Part shown: positions 1-8,967 of the stretch, piece by piece
Layout of the letters: every line of letters starts with the position of its first letter
Numbering within the stretch: position 1 is the first letter of the stretch
Sequence record: MN850564.1
DNA: 64,000 nt
Source of the DNA: Escherichia phage humlepung
Strand: one strand, 5' to 3'
Program-made: the position numbers and the translations under genes
The notes under the pieces: model-generated
Told to the model about the DNA's origin: nothing
Database searches by the model: none
The model's input: only the letters and a program-made list of their open reading frames with translations

Positions 1-199
1 CAGGAGCTTTTAAGGCTATGTCAAAGGCTCTTACAAGGCTTTTACATGGTCTTAACAGAGATTTAACAATTTCTTAACAATCCCTACATAGTTATGCTTT
101 TAAGGCACTTGTTAGAGACTTGTTAGCCCCTTGTTAAATCTCTGTTAAGACCATGTAAAAGCCTTGTAAGAGCCTTTGACATAGCCTTAAAAGCTCCTG
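1..199. repeat. Perfect 69-bp inverted repeat (arms 1-69 and 131-199, 61-bp spacer); may extend beyond window start
   Basis: Reverse complement of 131-199 equals 1-69 exactly when read by eye. Confidence 0.8.
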
Positions 200-299
200 T
201 AAAGCCCTATAAAAAGCTTTCTGTATAGTTGGGGTGTAACTACTAGGAAGAGACTTAAAAGAGCTTATAAAGAGCTATAGAGAGCTTTTAAGAGGTATG

Positions 300-1140
300 T
301 TTAAAGAATCACTAAGAGGGAAAGGGAACTATAGACCAAGAGATAGTGACCATGTTAATAGCTTGTTAAAAAGATTAAACACTTGTTAGGAACTTGTTAA
401 TTATCTTAACAAAATAACTCTTAAAAATTAACTTGTTAGCTCTTGTTAGTCATCTGTTAAGATTCTGTAAAGCCTATTCAGCACTTGTTAATTGGTATTG
501 TTACCAATCCCTAGAAAACTGTTACAGCCTTGTTAGTTCTGTTAAGAATCTGTTAAGACCTTTGAAGGGTTGTTAAGAAGATGTGAGAACTGTTAAGAGA
601 TTGTTAAGGATATTTTAAAATTTTGCAAAGGGGGTGTTAAGGAGCTGTTAAGGGCTACCAAGCAGATATACATCCTAATCAGATATTTTTGAGTTCCTTC
701 AAAGACCCTAAAAAATGACTTGATAGTCTTATTTTATAAAAATTTTAAGATTCTGAATAATTACCTATACAGTCTTTTAAAAATACAGGTAATAACAGGC
801 TTATAAGATACCTTGTTAGTACCGTGTTAGACCTTGTGAGATAAGGTCTGTAAAGATATTCCTGTTAAGTTTGTTAAAACAGTCTATATAGAGGCTTAGT
901 AGTACCTAGTGAACACCTATAGAGAGTGTCATAGCTGACATAGAGATTAAGAGGTGTATAGGAGCTTCTAAGAGGGTATAGAGAGATGGTTAAGGTGATT
1001 GTATAGGTTGTTAAGAAGGCTTGTTAGAGGGCTTGTTAGAAGGGTTATACAGAGGGGCTATTAAGACCACTAGATAGTTACTAAGATACTATATAGTACT
1101 ATATAACTATATAGAGAGTAAGATTAAGAGGGTTGTTAAG
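300..1140 (+). repeat. Iteron-like array of YTGTTAR motifs (TGTTAAG / TTGTTAG / CTTGTTA), more than 25 same-strand copies in non-coding DNA
   Basis: Visible repeated heptamers, e.g. 361-470, 480-660, 810-880, 1010-1140; no ORF of 60 aa or more in 1-1248. Confidence 0.75.
1090..1105. repeat. 16-bp perfect palindrome TATATAGTACTATATA
   Basis: Sequence is its own reverse complement. Confidence 0.7.
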
Positions 1141-1202
1141 AAGGATAGATATTTTGTTCACATATGATGGTGACCCAGAGGTTGGGACAACCGATAAAAT
1201 TT

Positions 1203-1240
1203 TATAAAAATAAAAAGCCCCCCCAATTAAGGAGGCTCTT
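1203..1240 (-). terminator. Putative rho-independent terminator for minus-strand gene 1249-1800
   Basis: Imperfect GC stem (agcccccc...ggaggct) followed on minus strand by T-run (plus-strand A-run 1203-1215). Confidence 0.4.
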
Positions 1241-1248
1241 AAGATATT

Positions 1249-1800
1249 TTAAATCAGACTTTCTAAAACTGTTTTTAGTGATGACTTAGTTGTCTGATAA
1301 AAATGAGTGAATCCATTGTTGTTATCGAATATCTGCATCATAACAGCATCTCCCTTGATTGGGTACACTCGGATATCATAGTGAAACCCATTAAAGACAG
1401 CAGAACCATTACAGAATACACTAAAATCATCCACTGAGATATACTCTTCATGACCTGTGATTTTTATACAGACACCTTTGCTCGGCCTCTTAGGGTTGAT
1501 ATCTTCCATAATAGACATACTCTGTCCACCAAGAGATACCATAGTGACCACTTTACGGTTCTTCTGTTTAAAGTACATTTTAACTTTCTGCAAAGTGTCT
1601 TCATAGAACGGATAAGACCTTTCTACAAAGATTCCTTCAAGTGGCTCTTTACCATTTTCAACTTCTCTGTTATGCCGTACTGCAAAGATGATTTGTTCGA
1701 ACCAGTCAAGATTTTCTTCGGAGAGTGCTTCTCGAATATCACTCCAGTCAAGGACTAGGTAGTTACCTTCAACTTCTTTTACATCTTTAAAAACTTGCAT
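1249..1800 (-). CDS. hypothetical protein (183 aa)
   Basis: ATG start with upstream GAAGG RBS; tightly packed in minus-strand operon. Confidence 0.6.
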   Translation of the reverse strand: MQVFKDVKEVEGNYLVLDWSDIREALSEENLDWFEQIIFAVRHNREVENGKEPLEGIFVERSYPFYEDTLQKVKMYFKQKNRKVVTMVSLGGQSMSIMEDINPKRPSKGVCIKITGHEEYISVDDFSVFCNGSAVFNGFHYDIRVYPIKGDAVMMQIFDNNNGFTHFYQTTKSSLKTVLESLI

Positions 1801-1854
1801 ATTCGCTACCTTCTAAGTTTCTACAAAGGGGCTATCAAGTAACCCCTCAAGTTA

Positions 1855-2079
1855 CTACTCAGACTTTTCAGTCTTCTTATCGGATTTCTTACTAGTCTTC
1901 TTCTCAGCTTTCTGTTCAGGTTCCTTCTCAGAAGTTGCCTTGATAACCATATCAAGAAGCTCTGATAAATCACTCTTCAGCAAAGTAACAGGCTGCTCGT
2001 TGTAGAAGTTTTTGTCAAGATAAACTTTGAACTCTTCTATAGAAGGAAATCCAAAAATTGGTACAGGTGTCTTAATCAT
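1855..2079 (-). CDS. hypothetical small protein (74 aa), Lys/Glu-rich C-terminus
   Basis: ORF in operon context. Confidence 0.4.
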   Translation of the reverse strand: MIKTPVPIFGFPSIEEFKVYLDKNFYNEQPVTLLKSDLSELLDMVIKATSEKEPEQKAEKKTSKKSDKKTEKSE

Positions 2080-2155
2080 TACTTAGTCTCTCCATAGGCA
2101 TCTTTTAAGATTGCCTTGTTAATCATTTCAGCGATTGCAAAACGAACACATACAG

Positions 2156-2689
2156 CTATAATTGTAGGTTGCATTCTTTACTTACCTCTTCAAGTTTAAC
2201 TTCAGAGTCCTTAAGTCGTTTCTTATGAACTCTGAACCTCATTAGTGAGATGATAATACCAGCTAAAGGAACAGCATACAAGTACCAAATATCATGTAGC
2301 TTTGCAGTAATCTGTGTAATTGTCAAGTCTTGAGCTATGTAGCTGATTGCTGATACAGCTAGTAATGTTGCTAAGAAGAACACTAGTATCATAACAATAT
2401 TTAGGCAGCCTCTGGCATGATATTCATGCTTAATGCACTTGTTCTTTTCGTCAACAACCCTGTTGTAGTCGTTTGTAAAGTCTCTGTAGAAAGCTTTCAA
2501 GTATTCTTGACTGTAGCCCTCAAAGCAACCTGTACCGTACCAATAATCACCACCAAAATGTGCTATGATACCGGTATCTCCATTCGGTTTGGTTACTCTA
2601 AGAGAAGTATGATGACCAGTCTTCTGGTAATCTATTTTGTATCTTTCTTCGTAAATCATTTCCCAACCCCTCTCAATCGTTTGTTCCAC
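2156..2689 (-). CDS. hypothetical membrane protein (177 aa)
   Basis: Hydrophobic segment LNIVMILVFFLATLLAVSAISYIAQ. Confidence 0.5.
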   Translation of the reverse strand: MEQTIERGWEMIYEERYKIDYQKTGHHTSLRVTKPNGDTGIIAHFGGDYWYGTGCFEGYSQEYLKAFYRDFTNDYNRVVDEKNKCIKHEYHARGCLNIVMILVFFLATLLAVSAISYIAQDLTITQITAKLHDIWYLYAVPLAGIIISLMRFRVHKKRLKDSEVKLEEVSKECNLQL

Positions 2690-2874
2690 TCAAGGTCAAC
2701 AAGCCTTTGCAGGACTTTCCCTCTAGGTGTTACACCTTTTAAATCTGCATCGTAGCAACGGTAAAAGTCACCTTCAGCGTGTTTACCATAGCATTTTCTG
2801 ATATTCTGGCTCCTACGATACTGCTCTAACAGGGACAGTTTGTAGTAGTCTTCAACTGTAGTTAGTTTTTTCAT
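2656..2874 (-). CDS. hypothetical protein (72 aa)
   Basis: ORF; overlaps neighbours by short ATGA-type junctions. Confidence 0.35.
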   Translation of the reverse strand: MKKLTTVEDYYKLSLLEQYRRSQNIRKCYGKHAEGDFYRCYDADLKGVTPRGKVLQRLVDLEWNKRLRGVGK

Positions 2875-3416
2875 TCTTTCACCATAGCGTTTCTGAACTG
2901 GCGTTGTGTTTCTCTTGTAATTTCGTTTGGAGTAAACCCTGCTTTTAGCATATCTCTGAAAAGAACTTCTAAATGGTTCCTCTCAATGATGTAAATGGCA
3001 TTCTGAATAGCTGTTTTGCACTCCTTCAGGTCACTACTAATCTCTTCGCACTTACTGGTAAGCTCTGTGTCAACTTTCTTATAGACTGGCATAACATGTG
3101 CGTAGCAACCCTTATTAGCCTCCATGAAAAATTTAAAAGATTCTTCAGAGTCCTTTAGAGCAATCCCTATAAAGTTTTTGTAAGCGCCTGTGAAAGATAA
3201 TGACTCAATCTCAGCAGTTGAGTATACAGTCCCTGCACACAGTCTTGCAGAAGTACTAAATGTGTGGTTTGGTGTTGTGTCAAAGTCTAAGTTCTTCAGT
3301 GGTCGGAAATAAACTGTACCGTTGTGTGAGATGTGTGTTACAACAGCCTCAACACTCTTTGAAGGATTCTGTTTAACATACAAAATGATTTTATCGTGTT
3401 CTTTCACTTTAGCCAT
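2871..3416 (-). CDS. hypothetical protein (181 aa)
   Basis: ORF in operon. Confidence 0.5.
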   Translation of the reverse strand: MAKVKEHDKIILYVKQNPSKSVEAVVTHISHNGTVYFRPLKNLDFDTTPNHTFSTSARLCAGTVYSTAEIESLSFTGAYKNFIGIALKDSEESFKFFMEANKGCYAHVMPVYKKVDTELTSKCEEISSDLKECKTAIQNAIYIIERNHLEVLFRDMLKAGFTPNEITRETQRQFRNAMVKE

Positions 3417-3488
3417 ATCTACTCTCCAGAAACTAAAAAGGGAACTACCTCTCGATAGCTCCCATCATAATCAATATTATATACTCGG

Positions 3489-4070
3489 TCAAGAGTATTT
3501 TTTAGGCAGCAATGCACTGCGCTTGTTACTCTCTTCACTCAATAGTGCAATGAAGTCATCACTTTTACCTTTCCACGGGCTGAATGAAGGGATATGTTCA
3601 CGGATAGCCTCGATAACCGTCTTAAGTGCCGTGTTCTTCATCCACCAATCAGAATCTGCTGATGCCACCACGTAGTATCCACCGTCATCAGTTAAAATTG
3701 GCTCTGAAATACATGGTGAAATCAAAGTGGTGATGATTGAACCGTTGTTCATGTAATATGTGCGCTTCATAACCTTTTCAAGAAGCTTGTGAAGGTCACC
3801 AAACAGTGTTACTAGTTCTTTGTGGTCAATATCTTTTTCGAGGTTTGCTCGATACTTCAATAGTGCAGCATCAACCTCTCTGTCATTGAACTTGAAATAT
3901 TGAACCTCTTCAACAAGGCAAACACTGATATTGTTGACATTCATAGTCAACTTGCAAACTTTTACAGGAGAGTTGATATTTGGTTGAAAAAGTGCAATAC
4001 AACCTTCAATATTTCCAAAATGTTGGACTAATGTTACTTGTGGAGTAATATTCTGTTGCTCTTCGGACAT
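3489..4070 (-). CDS. hypothetical protein (193 aa)
   Basis: ORF in operon. Confidence 0.5.
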   Translation of the reverse strand: MSEEQQNITPQVTLVQHFGNIEGCIALFQPNINSPVKVCKLTMNVNNISVCLVEEVQYFKFNDREVDAALLKYRANLEKDIDHKELVTLFGDLHKLLEKVMKRTYYMNNGSIITTLISPCISEPILTDDGGYYVVASADSDWWMKNTALKTVIEAIREHIPSFSPWKGKSDDFIALLSEESNKRSALLPKKYS

Positions 4071-4414
4071 TACAGTTTCCTCATTAAATACTTTTTAAGT
4101 TGTGTGTTAGGTTTCTCAAAAACTTCTATAGAAGATATCTTGACAGATTCACCACGCATACCAGTATGTTTGAATATGTAGTACTCTAACATCCCTATAT
4201 ACTTTGCTGGTAAGTCATGCTTGACATATACCGTCACAGAATCTTCAAACTCAACGACCTTTGTACCATCTTTGTAGTTAAACTCTTTAGGATGGTTGTA
4301 GTTGTCTATGTCGTACATTAAAAAGAGTCTTTTACGTTGTAAGTCAAGCTTATTTGTTAAAGACTCTTTGATGTCTGAGAAGTTTTTGTACACTGTGACA
4401 TGGAGCTTACTCAT
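4070..4414 (-). CDS. hypothetical protein (114 aa)
   Basis: ORF, start/stop coupling with neighbours. Confidence 0.45.
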   Translation of the reverse strand: MSKLHVTVYKNFSDIKESLTNKLDLQRKRLFLMYDIDNYNHPKEFNYKDGTKVVEFEDSVTVYVKHDLPAKYIGMLEYYIFKHTGMRGESVKISSIEVFEKPNTQLKKYLMRKL

Positions 4415-4700
4415 CGTTAAACTCTCTGACGAAGAAATAGTTGACTTTGTTATTACCTACCATAAGGTCAAAGCAGGTATTCTCAAAAGGTTTGTTGTAG
4501 GCATCATAAGAAGTATATGTATCAGCTACTTGTTTAGTATTGAGCTTTTTACTCGATGGGTTTAAGAGGCCACCATACAGTTTCTTGATAGCCTCTTCTA
4601 CAACAGACCAGATAATTTCGTCAGTAATTTCTTCGTACAGGTCAAGTTCACGCTCTAGTGAGAAGTCACAAATAGGGAAAACAACCTGTACTTTACTCAT
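4407..4700 (-). CDS. hypothetical protein (97 aa)
   Basis: ORF in operon. Confidence 0.45.
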   Translation of the reverse strand: MSKVQVVFPICDFSLERELDLYEEITDEIIWSVVEEAIKKLYGGLLNPSSKKLNTKQVADTYTSYDAYNKPFENTCFDLMVGNNKVNYFFVREFNDE

Positions 4701-5098
4701 TAACGAATCACCTGTGAGACTTGAATTGCTTCAGTTACTGACAAATCACCCACTTTCTCTTCTTTGATAAAAGTGAAGGTGAGTTCAACAGGCTCTTGCT
4801 CTTCTTGCTCAACTGGAACACCGTTAAGCTCATCAAAGATTGATTGAGTTGTCCAGTCTTCTCCACCATCTGGATAGTGGATTGCGTAAAGAGGGAACTC
4901 TAAATCAAACCAACCAAATACAGGACAACCGTCTTCATCATCTCGTACTCGATGAAGTGTGCTTCCAGACCCTGTAAACTGAAGGAATAAATCTCCGTTG
5001 CACTTGTATATTACTGCGTCGGCAAAACCAATGTCTTCTCGACCATCATGACCAAATGTGTCCACCTTTACTTGGATATCTCTAACATCTTTATTCAT
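4700..5098 (-). CDS. hypothetical protein (132 aa)
   Basis: ORF in operon. Confidence 0.45.
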   Translation of the reverse strand: MNKDVRDIQVKVDTFGHDGREDIGFADAVIYKCNGDLFLQFTGSGSTLHRVRDDEDGCPVFGWFDLEFPLYAIHYPDGGEDWTTQSIFDELNGVPVEQEEQEPVELTFTFIKEEKVGDLSVTEAIQVSQVIR

Positions 5099-5489
5099 AA
5101 AAACCTCTCTCTGCTTGTTCGATTTTTGCTTTTAGAACTTCACACCGTTCAATGTGATATCTGGCTTCATGCTCATGTGTCGCCAAAGTTCTTTCAAGAA
5201 TGGTTTTATAGTAACCTGCAAGTTGCTCTCTTGTCAATGGGTTCTCTGAAATAATATCGAGACCACTTTCACCTAGAGTATTAAACTGTCCATGCTCATT
5301 TACATGGTAAGTTTCAAACTTGAATAAACCATTATTAGCAGACTCAATAGGCGATAGTTCAACCAACTCAACAGTAAACCTTGTATGTACCCTATCTCCA
5401 ACTGTAACAACGTTACTTCCAATGATACGTACAAGCGAGCCGTTACGAGTGTACTTAAAAGTTCCAAAGTCACTAGCCCAAAGCTTCAT
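5091..5489 (-). CDS. hypothetical protein (132 aa)
   Basis: ORF in operon. Confidence 0.45.
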   Translation of the reverse strand: MKLWASDFGTFKYTRNGSLVRIIGSNVVTVGDRVHTRFTVELVELSPIESANNGLFKFETYHVNEHGQFNTLGESGLDIISENPLTREQLAGYYKTILERTLATHEHEARYHIERCEVLKAKIEQAERGFYE

Positions 5490-5540
5490 AGTTTTCTCCT
5501 TAGAAAATAAAAAAGGCTCCCGAAGGAGCCTATGAAGATA

Positions 5541-6005
5541 TTACTTTGGATATACACTGTCAAGATAAATGTCAGCTTCCATTCTACGTCTGTTTTTCAG
5601 TCCGTTTGAAGTGACCTTCTGACCTTTGACTGTAACCTTGTTCCACCACTGCATAGCTTCTGCACAACCTACCTTATTACCAGCATTGTGGCGCTTGATA
5701 AATGTAGAATCCTGCATAGCTGTGATACCGATGTTGTATGTTTCACTTACAAGTGCATCGAACTCATTCTGAGAAGTTGGAACCTTGATGGCTTTGTTCA
5801 CTGCTGCAACGAACTTTTCAACATCTGCGAGAAGATACTGTTCAGCTTGTTCAGCAGTAATTTTCATACCCATCTTAACAGGTTTTCCGTCAATACGGAT
5901 TGTCCCATACCCAATTGTTGGGATTCCGGCAGAGTCTTCGTAAGCCTCTAACTTCAGACCTTCGAAGAACTTAATAGCATCTAAACCTTTTCTTGAGAGT
6001 TGCAT
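5541..6005 (-). CDS. endolysin, T4-type lysozyme (glycoside hydrolase family 24)
   Basis: N-terminal FEGLKLEAYEDSAGIPTIGYG with Glu-9-Asp-6-Thr spacing like T4 lysozyme E11/D20/T26. Confidence 0.85.
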   Translation of the reverse strand: MQLSRKGLDAIKFFEGLKLEAYEDSAGIPTIGYGTIRIDGKPVKMGMKITAEQAEQYLLADVEKFVAAVNKAIKVPTSQNEFDALVSETYNIGITAMQDSTFIKRHNAGNKVGCAEAMQWWNKVTVKGQKVTSNGLKNRRRMEADIYLDSVYPK

Positions 6006-6889
6006 TATGCCTCCCCTGCTGGGTTAACTGTAACTGTCGACGCATTAGATGTTACAGAGCCACCTGCGCCAGTCACTACACAGGTGTAGCTTCCTGCATC
6101 AGCAGTGGTTGCACCTTCTTTGGTGTAAGTTGCAGCAGTTGCGTCTGGGATGACTTCCTCACCTTTCTTCCACTGATAACCTGTCGCACCTGTTGCCACA
6201 ACATTCAGTGTTAAGGTCTCACCTTCAGTGATTTCTTGATTGGTTGGTTGCTGAGTGATTACCGGAAGTGCATTCACAGTAACTGTTGCTGCATCTGAGG
6301 TAACACTTGTTCCACCCTCTCCAGATACAACACAAGTGTATGAACCAGCGTCAGAAGGTGCTACTGACTGTTTTGTGTAAGTTGCAGAATTGGCACTAGG
6401 GATGTCCTCACCATCCTTCTTCCACTGATATCCAGTGGCGTTAGTTGCTAGAATGCTTAGAGTAAGTGTGCCACCCTCATTGACTGTTTGACCTGTCGGT
6501 TGCTGAGTAATTGCTGGTGGCTTAATAGCATCCTTCAACTTAGCATTCAACATTGAGAACGGCTTAACTCTTGCCAACCATTCACAGTAAATTGTGTCAA
6601 CATCTTTACCATTGATGATTGCATACTGCAAATCCATGAAGAAATCAGCAGTTCTCATCTGTGCACCAACACTGTAAAGCAATTCATCACTAAATGGAAC
6701 TTTGCAGTCTGGTTTGTAGTCAAACTTCTCAACTTCTGCAATATCAGCTTCAGGCCAATATGAACTATAGGTAAGTGGTAAAATAGCCTCTTGATATGTT
6801 CTAAAATCATACCTCTTACCAGCCTTTACATTTGCAATGAAACCCTTCACAAAATCTTTGAAGTCTGGGTAAGTCTTTGCTTTAATCAT
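6005..6889 (-). CDS. protein with two C-terminal tandem Ig-like domains
   Basis: Two ~90-aa repeats (TQQPT...GYQWKK...GSYTCVV) typical of Ig/I-set-like folds; N-terminal domain paralogous to 6886-7257. Confidence 0.55.
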   Translation of the reverse strand: MIKAKTYPDFKDFVKGFIANVKAGKRYDFRTYQEAILPLTYSSYWPEADIAEVEKFDYKPDCKVPFSDELLYSVGAQMRTADFFMDLQYAIINGKDVDTIYCEWLARVKPFSMLNAKLKDAIKPPAITQQPTGQTVNEGGTLTLSILATNATGYQWKKDGEDIPSANSATYTKQSVAPSDAGSYTCVVSGEGGTSVTSDAATVTVNALPVITQQPTNQEITEGETLTLNVVATGATGYQWKKGEEVIPDATAATYTKEGATTADAGSYTCVVTGAGGSVTSNASTVTVNPAGEA

Positions 6890-7257
6890 TTCTTTTTAGC
6901 CTCTAAATGTGCGTTTAGTCTAAAATAACCTTTGTGATGCGGAGATACATCACCAACAACAATACCTTTAACCTTATAGCCTTTACCAATTACATACTGG
7001 ATATCCATAAGGAATCTTCCAAGTCCAACAATATGGAACATTGGATATAATAGGTTCTCAGAATCTGGAATATTGATTTCAGGTTTGTAGGTACGCTGTT
7101 CGATTGTTGGTGTAATATCTTCTTCAGGCCATTTGCTGAGTCTCCATGTCAAAGGTGTTGGGATAACATCATTAAGGTTGTACCTTTCACCATTTTGCAC
7201 GGAATTGATATAGGATTGTAGGAAGCAATAAAAGTCTTTTGCACTCTTAGCTTTCAT
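6886..7257 (-). CDS. hypothetical protein, paralog of the N-terminal domain of the 6005-6889 product
   Basis: Shared motifs (KDF...Y..P..YKP...LLY...FLMDIQYVI.GK). Confidence 0.5.
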   Translation of the reverse strand: MKAKSAKDFYCFLQSYINSVQNGERYNLNDVIPTPLTWRLSKWPEEDITPTIEQRTYKPEINIPDSENLLYPMFHIVGLGRFLMDIQYVIGKGYKVKGIVVGDVSPHHKGYFRLNAHLEAKKK

Positions 7258-7280
7258 TAAATATCCTTATAAATAGTTAA

Positions 7281-7296
7281 AGGGGCATCAGCCCCT
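7281..7296 (-). terminator. Hairpin AGGGGCatcaGCCCCT, possible terminator between minus-strand genes
   Basis: Perfect 6-bp GC stem with T-rich tract on minus strand. Confidence 0.35.
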
Positions 7297-7304
7297 ATTC
7301 ACAC

Positions 7305-7895
7305 TTAAGCTTTGGTCTTAAGTAGGTTCTTAAGTTTTTTAAGATTCATACTCTCATCAAACTTAAAACCAAATCCATTGACATAATCAATGAACTCGGA
7401 TTTCTTACTAAGTGACAATGCGTAACTCATATCAAAGTTCTTACTTGTTTCTGCGTCTGGACTAGAGTTCACATCAAATGAAATTTCTGTAGGCTCTTGC
7501 TTACTTTTTCTCATATTATCAACCAACAAACATGTATAGTTTGCTGGATAGAAGTTTACACTACCATCAACGTAGCTGTACTTATTATTATGGATAAGGT
7601 TGGAAAATACCTTAAGGAATGTTTCTGAGTCGTGGCAAACAAGTTTGAATTGGCTGCTCTCTCCAAGCGCAACTAATGAGTACGGACTTTCACTATCAAA
7701 GTCATAATTTAGATTCGATGCCGTCACTGTTACACGCATCAAGTTATTAGCAATAGTCTTCTGTTTAAAAGAATTTTGAACATAGTGAAGACCTCTATCA
7801 CACTGATTGACTAGCTCTTTAAGCAGGTCATTTGCATATGGCGAATTAATTGATACAGAGCCATCACTATTGTAATTAAAACTTACTGTTAACAT
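7305..7895 (-). CDS. hypothetical protein (196 aa)
   Basis: ORF. Confidence 0.5.
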   Translation of the reverse strand: MLTVSFNYNSDGSVSINSPYANDLLKELVNQCDRGLHYVQNSFKQKTIANNLMRVTVTASNLNYDFDSESPYSLVALGESSQFKLVCHDSETFLKVFSNLIHNNKYSYVDGSVNFYPANYTCLLVDNMRKSKQEPTEISFDVNSSPDAETSKNFDMSYALSLSKKSEFIDYVNGFGFKFDESMNLKKLKNLLKTKA

Positions 7896-8122
7896 TTTTC
7901 AGTTCTCCTGCGATTTATAATTTTGCTGCAATAGAGAAACGAAGTAAACTCACTGGAAGAAACTACTAAGTGTTGTTCACTAGATTGAGCCATTGCCCTG
8001 AAATACATTCCAGTCAAAGCATCATAGTGACTATTCTTTCCAATTGAGGTTATATAGCCATGACTCTTTGCAGTTTGATATAAATCTATAATATCTGCGA
8101 TTTCTAATTGGGAACTACACAT
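7889..8122 (-). CDS. hypothetical protein (77 aa)
   Basis: ORF. Confidence 0.35.
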   Translation of the reverse strand: MCSSQLEIADIIDLYQTAKSHGYITSIGKNSHYDALTGMYFRAMAQSSEQHLVVSSSEFTSFLYCSKIINRRRTEKC

Positions 8123-8364
8123 AGATAATCCTCTTGTCTTCTGTAATTTTGAAAGAACAGGTACAGACCAATTTCAGAGGATGAATAGTAGAGTAACTCT
8201 ACCCTTTTTGATTCCTTACAGTGATTGGTATTTTTACCTTTCTTCGGGTTGTTTGATTTTCTCATTAAGTCTCCTTTGTAGAACAAGGCAGACCTACAGC
8301 TTTAAGTAAGATGGTACAGTAATCCATACAACAAGTCAAGAACTATTGCAAGTTAAAAAAGTTG

Positions 8365-8394
8365 TTGACAAAGTACTTGACAAGGTGTAGGCTT
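8365..8394 (+). promoter_or_regulatory. Conserved promoter/operator element TTGACAAAGTACTTGACAAGGTGT (copy 1), -35 TTGACA + 17 nt + TAGGCT
   Basis: Near-identical element at 48838-48861; both sit at minus-to-plus strand switch points. Confidence 0.55.
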
Positions 8395-8514
8395 ATAAAT
8401 ACTTAGAAGATAACTTAAAAGGTTCCTCTAAAAAGGCTATTTAAACAGATATCTTTCTGGATATCTATCTTTTATCTTAAAAGCCTTTTAAGAGGTCTTA
8501 TAAGAGGCATACCA

Positions 8515-8886
8515 ATGAAAAACAGAACAAACAAAGGCCAGTTTAAAAAAGGCCAGTCTGGAAACCCATCTGGAAGACCAAAAGGCTCTCGTAACAAAAG
8601 CTCACTCGTAAAAGCTCAACTGACCATTGATAATTCTGCTGAGTTTGCTGCAAAGTTGTTTGAAGCGATTGTTACAAGGGATGCTGCTAAGCTTGCAGAG
8701 TTCGGGTTAAACACAGATGACGTAACCATCAAGAGTATGATTGAGGTTGGTAAAACTATCTTTACTCACTCAGCAGGTGAGATGAAAGCACTTGCAGCAG
8801 ACACTAAGAAGACTCCTGATAATGGTGGTCAACAGCAGACAGATAACAAACCAACGTTCTCTGCTGTAGCGACTCTCAAAAAATAA
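8515..8886 (+). CDS. conserved phage protein with GQSGNPSGRPKG motif (DUF5681-like by recollection)
   Basis: ATG with AAGAGG RBS; N-terminal basic GNPxGRPKG motif. Confidence 0.55.
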   Translation: MKNRTNKGQFKKGQSGNPSGRPKGSRNKSSLVKAQLTIDNSAEFAAKLFEAIVTRDAAKLAEFGLNTDDVTIKSMIEVGKTIFTHSAGEMKALAADTKKTPDNGGQQQTDNKPTFSAVATLKK

Positions 8887-8898
8887 TTTTAAAAGGTG

Positions 8899-8934
8899 TT
8901 GACAGACTCTATAAAGTTGCTCTAAAGTCTGTCA
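8899..8934 (+). promoter_or_regulatory. Sigma70-like promoter (TTGACA-18-TAAAGT) embedded in 9-bp inverted repeat TGACAGACT/AGTCTGTCA
   Basis: Consensus -35, plausible -10, dyad symmetry spanning the promoter; upstream of 8968 gene. Confidence 0.45.
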
Positions 8935-8967
8935 CATCAAACAACAAATGAGAGAAGAGAGTAAAAT

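Noticed and set aside
300-1140. Possible CRISPR array suggested by repeated short motifs
   Set aside because: Repeats are 7-mers with irregular spacing, not 25-40-bp direct repeats separated by uniform spacers; no cas genes.
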